NCBI RefSeq assembly: GCF_963921235.1
Contig: NC_086097.1
Coordinates: 219,420,001-219,484,000, forward strand
Source of the DNA: Mobula hypostoma
Lineage: Eukaryota
Length of the DNA: 64,000 nt
Direction: 5' to 3'
Under the pieces are notes generated by a model. That model was not told where the DNA came from, searched no databases, and worked only from the letters and a program-made list of their open reading frames with translations. Shown here piece after piece: positions 51,201 to 62,089 of this stretch. Position 1 is the stretch's first letter; the number at the start of each line of letters is the position of its first letter. The translations under genes were made by a program, and so were the position numbers.

Positions 51201-52382
51201 CCGGATGAGGGGGGAGGTGGACGAATACTGTAAGACCTGTAGCCGTTGCGTCGGGAGGAAGACCTTGCCTGCGCAGGCGGCCCCGTTATCCCACTTGCAG
51301 AGTGCGGGACCCATGGGCCTGGTGTGTATGGATTTCCTGTCTATTGAGCCAGACACCAGCAACATCGCCAATGTCTTGGTCCTCACGGATCACTACACTA
51401 GTTATGCTCAGGCTTTTCCTACTAAGGATCAGAAAGCGACTACAGTGGCGAAGGTGTTATGGGAGAAGTACTTTGTTCATTATGGCCTCCCCAGATGGAT
51501 CCACAGTGATCAGGGACAGGACTTCGAGAGCAGGCTTATACATGAATTGCTGGATATGCTTGGGGTTGAAAAGTCCAGAACCACCCCCTATCACCCGCAG
51601 GGTGATCCTCAACCCGAGAGGTTTAACCGGACCCTGCTGGACATGCTCGGCACCTTGGAGATTGGACAGAAGAGTAAGTGGAGTCAGCACATTGCCCATT
51701 TGGTTCATTGTTACAATTGTACTCGCAATGATGCTACGGGGTACTCGTCCTACTATCTGATGTTCGGACGGGAAGCGAGGTTGAACATTGATCTGTGTTT
51801 TGGGACTGAAGCGGGGGAAATACCTTCGAAGCCATGTCTGAAGTACGTGTCCGATATGAGGAGAGAGTTGAAAAGGGCGTACGAGTTGGCTGAGGCAGCA
51901 GCCACCAAGCAGAACCAGCGGAATAAAAGGAGGTATGATCAGAAGGTAAAGTTCGTCCAGCTATTGCCGGGAGACCGAGTCCTTATCCGGAATTTAGGAC
52001 TACAGGGTAAGCACAAGTTGGTGGACCGTTGGGCAGCCACCCCATATGTGGTGGAGAGTCAGATGCCGAATCTCCCGGTTTACCGGGTGAGACCTGAGGG
52101 CGGGCAGGGGCCTGTCAAGGTACTCCATCGGAACCACCTGTTGCCTCTGGGTCGAGAGGTGAAGATGGACCCAGAGCCCGAATGGGAGTTTACTCCTATT
52201 ACGAGGACTCTGCGAGGGCGCGGGGCGCGGGACGAGCCCGCTGCGAAGAAAACGGGGCCGGTCCCCACCTCGAGAAGGGATACGTCATCGGAAGATGATG
52301 ATTTGGACGTGTGGTACCTGCTTCCGTTCGCTGATTCCCCGGTGCTGGGAGAAGAGACTCTTGGCCCTTCCATCACTGAGTC
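48277..52382 (+). pseudogene. pol: Gypsy Pol (protease, RT, RNase H, integrase) with two frameshifts (about 49200 and 50940)
   Basis: AILDTGS; RMCVDYR, LDLRSGYYQ and YLDD; RTDAS and EFLALKW; HDDSGHLG..CSRC, MDF, HSDQG and ERFNRT. Domain order PR-RT-RH-IN is that of Gypsy. Confidence 0.93.
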
Positions 52383-52764
52383 GGAGGAGAGACGAGGAGG
52401 ACGGCGGACGTGTGGAGAGGCTCCGGTCGATCACTCAGGGTGGCCCTGAGCCGTGAGTCGATGGAATTCGGGTGGTCGTCTGACGTCAAATTGAGCTCCA
52501 ACGGTAGCGCGCGAAGAACTTGGACTTTGATAAGTGTTGGCGCCTTTTTTTCCCATTACTTTCCTCTCTGTATCAAATGCATATTAATGTCATAGAATTA
52601 GTAATATTTATAAAGTGTATTTGTTAAAATTTACTGGGTATGCTGGCTGATGATTGATGTTTGTGATTGATTCGGGCGGCAACTGACCCTGAGGGGAGTG
52701 TTGAAGCAGGTGCTGGGCGGGATTTCCCATAGACATACATGAGCCAATATAACGGAACGTTACA
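52383..52764 (+). repeat. Partial (3' part) LTR of the plus-strand Gypsy arm
   Basis: Ends gttaca. Shares tgagctccaacggt and actttgataagtgt(t)ggcgccttt with the inverted LTR at 45885-45945 but is otherwise diverged. No PPT precedes it. Confidence 0.78.
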
Positions 52765-53179
52765 AGTGTCTTATCAGCATGGACCCTAAGATCCCTCTGA
52801 TCCTCCACGCTGCCAAGAGTCTTACCATTAATACTATATTCTGCCATCATATTTGACCTACCAAAATGAACCACTTCACACTTATCTGGGTTGAACTCCA
52901 TCTGCCACTTCTCAGCCCAGTTTTTCATCCTATCTATGTCCCACTGTAACCTCTGACAACCCTCCACACTATCCACAACACCACTAACATCAGCAAATTT
53001 ACTAACCCATCCCTCCACTTCTTCATCCAGGTCATTTATAAAAATCACGAAGAGTAGGGGTCCCAGAACAGATCCCTGAGGCACACCACTGGTCGCTGAC
53101 CTCCATGCAGAATATGACCCATCTACAACCACCCTTTGCCTTCTGTGGGTAAGCCAGTTCTGGATCCACAAAGCAAGGT

Positions 53180-53670
53180 TACAACAGATATACCATGGAG
53201 AGCATTCTGACAGGTTGCATCAGTCTGGTGTGGGGGGAGGGGGGGTGGGGGAGGGCATAGGCTCCATCATCAGTACTAGCCTCTGTGGTATGCAAGCTAT
53301 CTTCAAGGAGTGGTACCTCTGAAAGGTGGCGCCCATTATTAAGGATGCCCATCACCTAGGACCTGCCCTCTTCCCATTGTTATCATTGGGAAGGAGGAAC
53401 AGAAGCCTGAAGGCACACACTCAGTGATTCAGAAACAGCTTCTTCCCTTCTGTCATCTGATTTCTAAATGGACATTGAACCCACAAACACCACTTGAAAT
53501 ATTTTTAAATATTTTTTGCACTGTTTTTAATTTAACTATGTAATATACATAAATATACTTACTGTAATTCATTTTTTCTATATTGATCATATATTTCATT
53601 GCACTGCTGCCACTACATTAACAAATTTCAGTGCATATGCTGATGATATTAAATCTGATAATGATTCTGA
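53180..53670 (+). mobile_element. Rex1/Babar-like LINE 3' end
   Basis: YTMESILTGCI..W and IIKDAHH...GRRNRSLKAHT; tail (gattct)-like. Confidence 0.7.
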
Positions 53671-53912
53671 TTATCCCACTAGAGTAAGAAATCCTCTACA
53701 GCAAATAAATCTTTTGACCTGAATGAGACAATTTAAGTTTTACTGTACTGTAGATGTGTATATTGTAGTTGTATTGTATGGTATGTTGTGTGTGTATGTG
53801 AGTGAAAGAGAGAGAGAGAGAGAAGGAGAGATGACTAGAAAGCAATATGTTACATATTTGAGTTGTGTTGCATTCTACATTGAGTTGGAGTTTATGGCTA
53901 AGCAGTGAGGAG

Positions 53913-54155
53913 TGTTGTGTATTTAATATCTCAGTAATATTTGAGATATCTATTCCTTTATTAAGCATCATTTGTTGTTAACATAATGCATTGTGGGTTA
54001 CATGTAAAAGTACATGAATGGCTTACATCATTATGTCACCACATCACATGTGCATGCCTCACCAAAGTAAAAATGAAGCTAGAGTATACACATTATTCCC
54101 AGGTCCATGTTTTTCTTTCAATTAGTTTTATGTTTTGGAGTTACAGAACAAAACA
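53913..54155. mobile_element. Short solo-LTR-like element, inverted homologue of 41720-41954
   Basis: tgttgtgtatttaatatctcagtaatatttgag...gagttacagaacaaaaca aligns with the reverse complement of 41720-41954. No clear TSD. Confidence 0.55.
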
Positions 54156-54659
54156 ATCATCACCTCCATTTCTGAGTTCCATTCTCATTCCGTTCCTCTC
54201 CCTGACAAACGACCTGAAGCTAAATCAGATCATTTGACACTTAGGTGTGTTTTGGATCCAAGTTCCATCACAGATCATATCACTTAAAGCTATCTATTAC
54301 TATCTCCATTAAACCATAAGACACTTCCCAAACTGCAGCCAGCTTGTTTTGGAAACTTTCATCAATGCCCATATCATCAATGACTTCATGATCACTATGC
54401 AGATTTAGACATCTTGCTCTTTCTACCTTATGTAAGTTGGAGGATCTAAAAATCCTATCACATGGTACTATATATTTATGAGGTCCATGGTAAAATTTTA
54501 CTATACAACTGAAACTCCGTGCAGAGAGCCTCTCATCGTTTTTTCTATTTATCTTAACATACTAAAGCCCCTGGTGCTCATACATACAGAGGATGGCCGA
54601 TGGCCAATTATGAAATGCTTGTTTTGTCAGTGACTTCCAGAAATTCAGTCATGCGATAC

Positions 54660-55230
54660 CTTGTCCTATGTTGTTCGTCCATTGTTGACGTCAATGAGGA
54701 CCTCGACACCATAATGATGGTGTCGAGACTAGTGCGTGATTTGGATTTAAGTGAGGGAGAGTTGCGCAGCGTCAGCCTCACTCTCTCTTCCCAATTCCCA
54801 TCTGGATCCAGTGGCAAGACAGGGTCTAGACGGCTGGAGATGGGACTAGGCGCAGTGGATGACCAGGACGTCTTCTGTGTCTTGTCCTGCTCTACACGTT
54901 CCACAACGCTTGCAGAGACGGCCTTCTTGACCGTTGGACCTTCCATTGGTCTCGTCCGCTCAATCCGCCGGAGACTGTCTTCACATGCTGGGATAGACAA
55001 CTCCCTATCTCACCGATGGTTTGAGACCTGTTGGCTACCCTCACCTGGTTTAGCCGGCTTGTCGAAGCCGTTGCCCGGGGTGTGGCCGCTGTCGCATGCA
55101 AACAGCTACGGGGAACCACAGGTGAGAGCTGAGTGCCAGGTGGGGACCAAAGGTGGACTAACCGCCCTGAAAAGGACGCGACATGTTCCCCCACCAGAGG
55201 TGCTACCCCTCCCTGACACCCCATATACCC
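54660..55230 (-). mobile_element. GC-rich non-autonomous retroelement, probably RTE-related
   Basis: Sharp GC-rich island with ccttgtc near both ends. The minus-strand 5' part (ccccgggcaacggc...aaaccaggtgagggtagcc) resembles RTE-clade 5' UTRs as I recall them. Confidence 0.45.
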
Positions 55231-55595
55231 CTTGTCTATGAATAGTACAGGCATCATCCTGAATTATGCTTCCATAACACCAGAGAGGGGCTCCTTTAAC
55301 AATAAATGAAGTCAGCCTGTCTCGCCACGTGCTTACTTGTGGAATCTGGTGACTTGCAACGGCATCTTTTCATGAAGCCCCTACTCTGACTTTCCCTGGG
55401 ACATCCTACCACCATACCCTTAAATGTGGAAAATCTCTTCAGTTGTCCTCAACACATTTAGCTTTGTGTACAATAGAATTTTGTAGCAGTAGACCAACTC
55501 ACAAAGAAATTGTTTCTTATCATATGGCGCTTGCTTCATGAAGTTTTTTTTAACACTCAATATACAGGCCAGGTTTTTTTTTTAACTCTAAGGTA

Positions 55596-55750
55596 ACACG
55601 CACAAAATATTGGAGAAACCCAGCAGTTCAGGCAGCATCTATGAAACTGTCAATTGTTTATTCATTTTCATAGATGCTGCCTGACCTGCTGAATTCCCCC
55701 AGCATGTTGTTTGTGTTAATCTGGATTTCTAGCATCTGCAGACTTTCTTG
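55596..55750. mobile_element. Older palindromic Penelope-derived element
   Basis: caggcagcatctatgaa ... ttcatagatgctgcctg inverted arms, followed by agcatctgcaga. Confidence 0.65.
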
Positions 55751-55849
55751 TCTTTATTATTTTTAAAAACTTTACTTTTCACTTACAGGGACATCAAATT
55801 CACCTATCACCACTATGCTCACTGAACTACTGTATATAGTCTCCCAGCT

Positions 55850-56240
55850 AAACAACACTTCAATGTCAAAATTCTCAGACTTGTTTTCAAATCACTCTAT
55901 GGTTTCACACTTCACCGTCTCTGTAATTTCCCCATGATTATAATCCCCTGAGATACATTTGGTTTATAAATTTGGATTTTTGCCATACCCAAATTTAATC
56001 ATTCCAACTCTGGAAGTTATGCTTTTGACTTACAAGGGCCAGCACTTTCAAATTCTGTCCCTAAACCCTTTACCTCTCTACCACTCTTTTCCCATTGAAA
56101 ATTCTCCTTAAGTCCCAAGTGTTTCAATCAACTGCCCTTTTCGTCTCAACAGTCAAATTTTGTTTGATAAAACTTCTATGAAGCGCCTTGGAGAGTTTTG
56201 GTCTATTGAAGGTATTAAATAGACGCTAGTTGTTATTGAT
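55850..56240 (+). mobile_element. L2-like LINE 3' end
   Basis: Ends tgaagcgccttggagag...aggtattaaatagacgctagttgtt, an L2-type terminal motif. Confidence 0.5.
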
Positions 56241-56922
56241 ATTGGAACTTAAGAAATAGGTTGAAATTGACAGTGTTTGATTTTCCACAGATTATGAACT
56301 TCTCAGCTTTTGCATGGCATTTAATAAACAGCAACTCGGGTTGTGATAAGAGAACACTGGAGGCTATCACTGAATGCAGGTACTCAGCAATAAAGTAGAG
56401 TGAACACTGATCTTACCACAAAAACCAGAGTTTATGTACTTATATCAAGCTGATATGAACCTAAGAAGCTGTCTTTCTTCAGAACCAACTAATAGTAACT
56501 GATATAACGTTTGGCCTTAAGTAAACCATCTAATGGTTTCCTCCATGCAGTTTTAATGGTAGCTGCTGCAAGATACATTTTATTTTTGATGCTATGGTAG
56601 CATTAGTACAATGAAATGGCCTTATAATGAACAGATTGAGGCTATTCCGCCCATCAGACAATGTCTATACAGGAGAGCAATCCCGATTGTTCAATTCTCT
56701 CTCACCTTACTTCACTGCACCTCTGAAACTTATTCTCTCTCAAACATGCAACATCAACTTCCTCCTTTTTTTGTGTGTCTTTAATCTGCACTAAGGGGTA
56801 ATTTATAGTGGCATTTAATTTACCTGCACTTCTTTGGTGTAGGAGAGGAAACCAGGGCATGCACAGAAATGTAGATATGTGCTAGAGATATGTTCATGGA
56901 TGTACAATTAAACAAAAGAAGA

Positions 56923-57472
56923 TTCCACGTCCCATTCCCATTCTGATATGTCTATCCACGGCCTCCGCTACTGTAAAGTTGAAGCCACACTCAGGCTGGA
57001 GGAACAACACCTTATATTCAGTCTGGGTAGCCTCCAACCTGATGGCATGAACATCGACTTCTCAAACTTCTGCTAATGCCCCACCTCCCCCTCGTACCTC
57101 ATCCATTATTTATTTTTATACACACATTCTTTCTCTCACTCTCCTTTTTCTCCCTCTGTCCCTCTCACTATACCCCTTGCCCATCCTCTGGGCTCCCCCC
57201 CTCCCCCTTTTCTTTCTCCCTAGGCCTCCTGTCCCATGATCCTCTCATATCCCTTGTGCCAATCACCTGCCCAGCTCTTGGCTCCATCCCTCCCCCTCCT
57301 GTCTTCTCCTATCATTTCGGATCTCCCCCTCCCACTTTCAAATCTCTTACTAGCTCTTTCTTCTTTCAGTTATTTCTGACGAAAGGTCTCGGCCGGAAAC
57401 GTCGACTGTACCTCTTCCTAGAGATGCTGCCTGGCCTGCTGCGTTCACCAGCAACTTTGATGTGTGTTGCTT
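56923..57472 (+). mobile_element. Penelope-like element 3' end (GIY-YIG C-terminus and pLTR with hammerhead motif at 57376-57407)
   Basis: STSHSHSDMSIHGL.YC..EAT.RLEEQHLIFSLGSLQPDGMNIDF, then a pyrimidine-rich UTR and CTGACGA..GAAACGTC. Confidence 0.85.
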
Positions 57473-60159
57473 CAAATTTCATAATCCTTTTCTTTTCTTG
57501 CTGGTATAAACTATGTTTTCAGTTCAAAGTTAAAGTCAACATTGAGTTTATTGTAATATGCACAAGTACATGTATGTATAGTTGCAATGAAAACTTGCAG
57601 CAGCATTACAATTCCATATGACTTTTCATCCCAAGTGATGTAGTTGTCAAATACTATTATAATTTCTAATGACAGTTTGTTTGATCATAATAACAATCCT
57701 TGGTACTCTGGAGTTGAAAATAAAAACGACTTTGCCATGTGCTCGGTGCGCGCTCACAGAACTGGACTCGTGTGTAGAAGAATGACAGTCTCTGTCACTG
57801 TGGATACTAGCAATGACTCGTCCCAGGTGTGGAGGATGGCAGATTCCCATGCAGAGAAAGAAACAAGAGGCTAAGTGTAGGATTATCAACAGATCATCGA
57901 TGGCACCACCGAGCGACACTGCAGGACAAGTCATTCTCCACAAACACACAAGGACTCCACTCCATGCTAAACAAGAATCCCTCTTAAATAATCATAGAAT
58001 GCGGAGAACACGTGCCAGTCACAATTAACTTAACAAGACTGAGCAGAAAACACCAGGGCTTAGTGGCTATACCAATTAGTAAATACAGATACTCAAAAAT
58101 TTCGAAGCCCAACGTTGTACGGCAAGCCGCAGGGCTCATGACACCATGTCCTTCATCTAATGGTGCTTGTCAAATCAATCTGTATAATTTGGATTTACCA
58201 AAGCTAGAGGAGCTAAAACTGAATCTGGAACATTTAAAGAGAGCCTCTAGACTTGGGCATGAACTCATGACTGCCATTGAGAAAGTATGTGCTTTACTTC
58301 AAACACGTGTTTTAGTGTGCTTTTAAAAGAAAGATCAACATTCACTAAGCTTTTGAAGAATGATTACAGTCCACAGATTAAGTGGTTTATTAAGCATGTT
58401 ATTCACTTTATTATATCAATTGTGACCTGCTAGGTGTTACTTCAGCTGTCTCCCACAGAGCTTTAATAAATTCAGCATTACTTGGGTACTTTCTCAGGTT
58501 AGACTTGTTGGCACATTATCAAGGTTTTACAATCTGGTCCATGTGACACTTACCTCATAAACTTTGATGGTGTTAATGGAGAACTACTCCCCTTCCCTCG
58601 GGAACAGAGTACTCATACAATCTCATTGTTTCACCATATCTGCACTGAATGGGATCTACAATTATATATTCCAGGAAATCCAAATTAAGCTTATAATTGT
58701 CAAGAAAAATATATTCTTATAATCCATGTTTAATACTGTCTTCACTGTTATAGCTAAGCTTTGTATATATTTTAAATCCACTTAATTATGTTTACTTTTT
58801 AAAATACCTATTACATAAATGCCATTAAACCTTGGTGCCCAGCTCTGAGGAGTCCATGATAATCCATACAATCGCTGGATCTTTAGAAATCAACTTTAAA
58901 CAGCAGAACTGAGATGTAACATACACTAGGATCAATGCACATCACAAAGTGACTTTTTGGAGGCCAAAAAAAAATGTCTTAAAAGATCCCAAAAATGTAG
59001 AATTTAAAGATTAAATCCAGACACTACCACGCAAGGGCTATTCTCTCTAGAAAGCAAACAAAGGCTACAATATTTTCTTGCTTTTACCTTCCCTTTCACC
59101 ACTTTCTTTGCTAGAGCTGTTGACTTAAGCTGGGCGCAATTGCACATGTGCCATTATCATGTTCAAACGATCATATTTTTCACTTTATTCATATTTAAAG
59201 TATGTACAAAGGAAGAACCGGTGCAAATAGACTTACATTAATGGTTGTTACATTGAGTAGTGCGAACCTTTTTAAAAAAATAACAAAAAGCACCCCATGC
59301 AACTCGTGTGCCTCATTCCACCCCACACCCCCACTGGGTGATACACCCTTTTCATTGTTCTAGGTGCTCCCCCACCCAACTCCAGCCCCTCCACGTACAA
59401 TAGCAAAAGGTTGCGTACTGGCTCAGTCCAGACTGCAGAAGTGCATGCTGTGGGATGCACTGAAACTTGGTGCAGCCAATGCAAAATCTCTGTGGGAAAG
59501 GATTTCTCACTCAATAGGCTCCTTCACGAGCTCATTTTTTTTATAGTTCACATGATCATTTTTTGCCTCCCAAACGTTGACCTTATTCGACATTTGCAGC
59601 AAAACCAAGCTAAGGCTTTGCTTTCAGCAAGAGTCTACACTTTCTAGCAAGGGTGTCTGGGGAGGTTTCGGCATCCTCAGGCAAATCCATTGCAACTGAG
59701 CTATCAGCAATCAGCAGAAGTCAAGAAAAAAGAAATCTTTGTACTTTGCATAACATGGTACTACAATAGCCGATATATTTAATCATGAAATGTCGTGAAT
59801 AATTTGTCTCTTGCAGTCAGGAGTAACAAGAATAGTGATGAAGATCAGCCAATTACTTAAGACATTAATCAAAACTGCCACCATCATAGACTACCAGCCT
59901 ACAAAATATTTATTTGCAGACAGTGAAGGAATGCACGTGAATGATGGTAAGAGATACAGAGAGCATGGACTGGGGCAGAGGAACAAAAGTGTATTTGTTT
60001 CATGAAGTGCCTGCAGACTGTCTTTAAAATTATACTCGAGTGAAATGGTAGTCCACTAACAGTCCAGACTGCTTATTATTGTATTTTTTGTTTATGAATC
60101 ACAGTCCATTTGGTTATTGGATTAAAATACCTTTCCAAAATACCTTCATAAGAGTTCCT

Positions 60160-60470
60160 CTTGCCAAGGGTCACTGTGTCACTTTATCATTTCCTGCCTG
60201 CGTCATCTGATCTACGGATACTCCTTGTGTCACTTGATGTACAGACGATCAATCTATGTATATGAGCTAATCTTTGTATCTATGGCAGTACTCATACATT
60301 GTATTATATAGGATTGCTCTTATGTTTGTACTTATTGTGTTTTGGGTTTTTGATTATTGTGTCCCATTTGCTTATTATTTTCTTTCTGCTGCATTGGATT
60401 GAGAGTAATAATCATTTCATTTCTCACTTTACGCCCGCGTTCTGATGACAATAAACAATCTTGAATCTTT
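60160..60470 (+). mobile_element. Rex1/Babar-like 3' UTR fragment
   Basis: Ends gacaataaacaatcttgaatctt, the tail type of the other Rex1-like fragments. Confidence 0.4.
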
Positions 60471-60945
60471 ACTCTTGAAATCCAGAAAAAGAGGGCTAAA
60501 CTGACATAAAGGCAAATGAATATAGAGCCAAGGGATAATTAGACGACAATCAACATATGAATAGGCCTTTAACACATTAGCACATTTTTTTAATTAAAAG
60601 TAAAGAATTGCACAATAGAATTAAATTCATATTAGTAACATTTGGCAGTAAGCATCAAACTGCATCTGAAATGTCTTTCATATGTGGTGAAAAATCAGCT
60701 CTCACCTTTACAATACTCATGAACAGGAGATTCTAAAGAAAATGATGTGAAGCCTTCCAGCAAACAATAACAAACTTTGCCTCTTGAAGCATAAACAAAC
60801 TGTTTTCTTTGTTTGCTCTTCTGCTAATATCACTTGATTAAGAGGGGTATTTATCCACTCTAACTCAAAATGGAATTTGAAGGGATATGTAGATTGCTTC
60901 GTAGTGAAGCCAAGAAGAAAAGGCATTTTATAGGAAAGCTGCTTG

Positions 60946-61491
60946 TGTTGCAGCGAATGAGGCAAACCCAAGCACAGGACACAGGCACGGAGGTTGCGTT
61001 AGGATGTAGATGCGGGCGTGAGCGTTGAACGGCAAACAGGAGAGAGTGCAGGAGGGCAAGAGGCAGGCAGAACTGGTCTTGATGAGGGGTAGAAAGGGAA
61101 GTGGCAGACAAAACTTTTCTTAGCATGGAGAGACGGAGTTATACAGGTAAACCTCAGTACTGAGGTAAAATTTCAAAGAGTTATCCTGACACGGAGAGAC
61201 TGAGTTTCACAGGTAAACCTCAGAACTGGAGTAAAACTTAGAACATACAGTCCGAAGCGGCCAGGAAACGTTAATTACCACACAGGCAAAACCAACGATC
61301 TGGCAACTAGTGGTTGCAAAGCCAGGGTTCTTATGCTGCAGGTCTTGATGAAAACCAGGTGTGCTACCATCAAAGGAAATTAGGAGAAAATCAAAGGAAA
61401 TTAGGAAATTAGGAGGAATTAACAGTTGGAACTGTGGCACAATCAAAGGGAATTAGGGGAAAATGGGGAATTAACAGTCGGGACCGTGACA
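60946..61491 (-). repeat. 3' LTR of the chromovirus-type element
   Basis: Minus strand begins tgtcac right after the PPT ttgagggagggatat. The outer tgttgc boundary is less certain. Confidence 0.7.
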
Positions 61492-61909
61492 ATATCCCTC
61501 CCTCAACGGGAGCCTCCAGGCAAACCACTAGATTGTCTCAATGGAAATTTCGAATGAGGGAAGGGTCTAAGATGAAGGAGCGGGGAATCCAGGTGTGCTC
61601 CTCAGGACCGTATCCCTCCCAATCGACCAGGTACTGGAGACCCCTGCCTCGGCGGCACACAGCCAGATGATGTAAGCTGGATAGTTGTCAATGATCCAGG
61701 CAAGTGGAGGAGGTTCAGTCTGAGGGCACAAAGGGCTGACAGACACAGGTTTCAGTTGGGAGACGTGGAACGTGGGATGAATGTGCATGGGTCTGGGCAG
61801 TTTGAGTCTCACCACCGAGGGGTTGATAATGCTCTCAATTTTGAATGATCCGAGGCAGCGAGGAGTGAGTCTCTTGGACTCATTCTTGAGGGGGGATGTC
61901 TTTAGAAGA

Positions 61910-62089
61910 AAAAGAAGAAAGCCCTTAACTCTGAGTGGAGTCATCGGGCTTTCTTATTTTTACGAGGCCAAGTTGCTAGCTCAACACTCAACCCAGCACG
62001 GATGGAAAGCGTGCAAGAGAGCCGGCTGGATTCGAACCAAGGAGCCTTTGCTCCGAAGTCTGGCGCTGATGCCGCATCCACCACCAGCT
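61910..62089 (-). mobile_element. Short tRNA-headed SINE inserted in Gypsy pol
   Basis: 16-bp TSD ggatgtctttagaaga at 61894-61909 and 62090-62105; B-box ggttcgaatcc; (ttc)n-like tail. Confidence 0.85.

Larger units (their letters stand above)
45664..52764. mobile_element. Composite Ty3/Gypsy insertion of two divergently oriented arms
   Basis: TG...CA termini, 4-bp TSD agtg (45660-45663 and 52765-52768). Minus arm 45664-47250; plus arm 47250-52764. Confidence 0.85.
45160..53180 (-). mobile_element. CR1 LINE (45160-45663 and 52765-53180) hosting the Gypsy composite
   Basis: Removing 45664-52768 restores gctttgagtgtcttat...ggaccctaagatccctc, collinear with the CR1 copies at about 23860 and 27600. 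Confidence 0.88.

Noticed and set aside
47913..52376. Antisense ORFs over Gypsy gag-pol (and similar ones over CR1s)
   Set aside because: Shadow ORFs of GC-rich coding sequence with no independent motifs.
45664..52764. A DIRS-type element (inverted terminal repeats)
   Set aside because: It has a protease, a DDE integrase, a PPT and a TSD, and no tyrosine recombinase.
57644..58326. Cluster of short ORFs in unique sequence
   Set aside because: No domain similarity recognised; lengths are consistent with chance.
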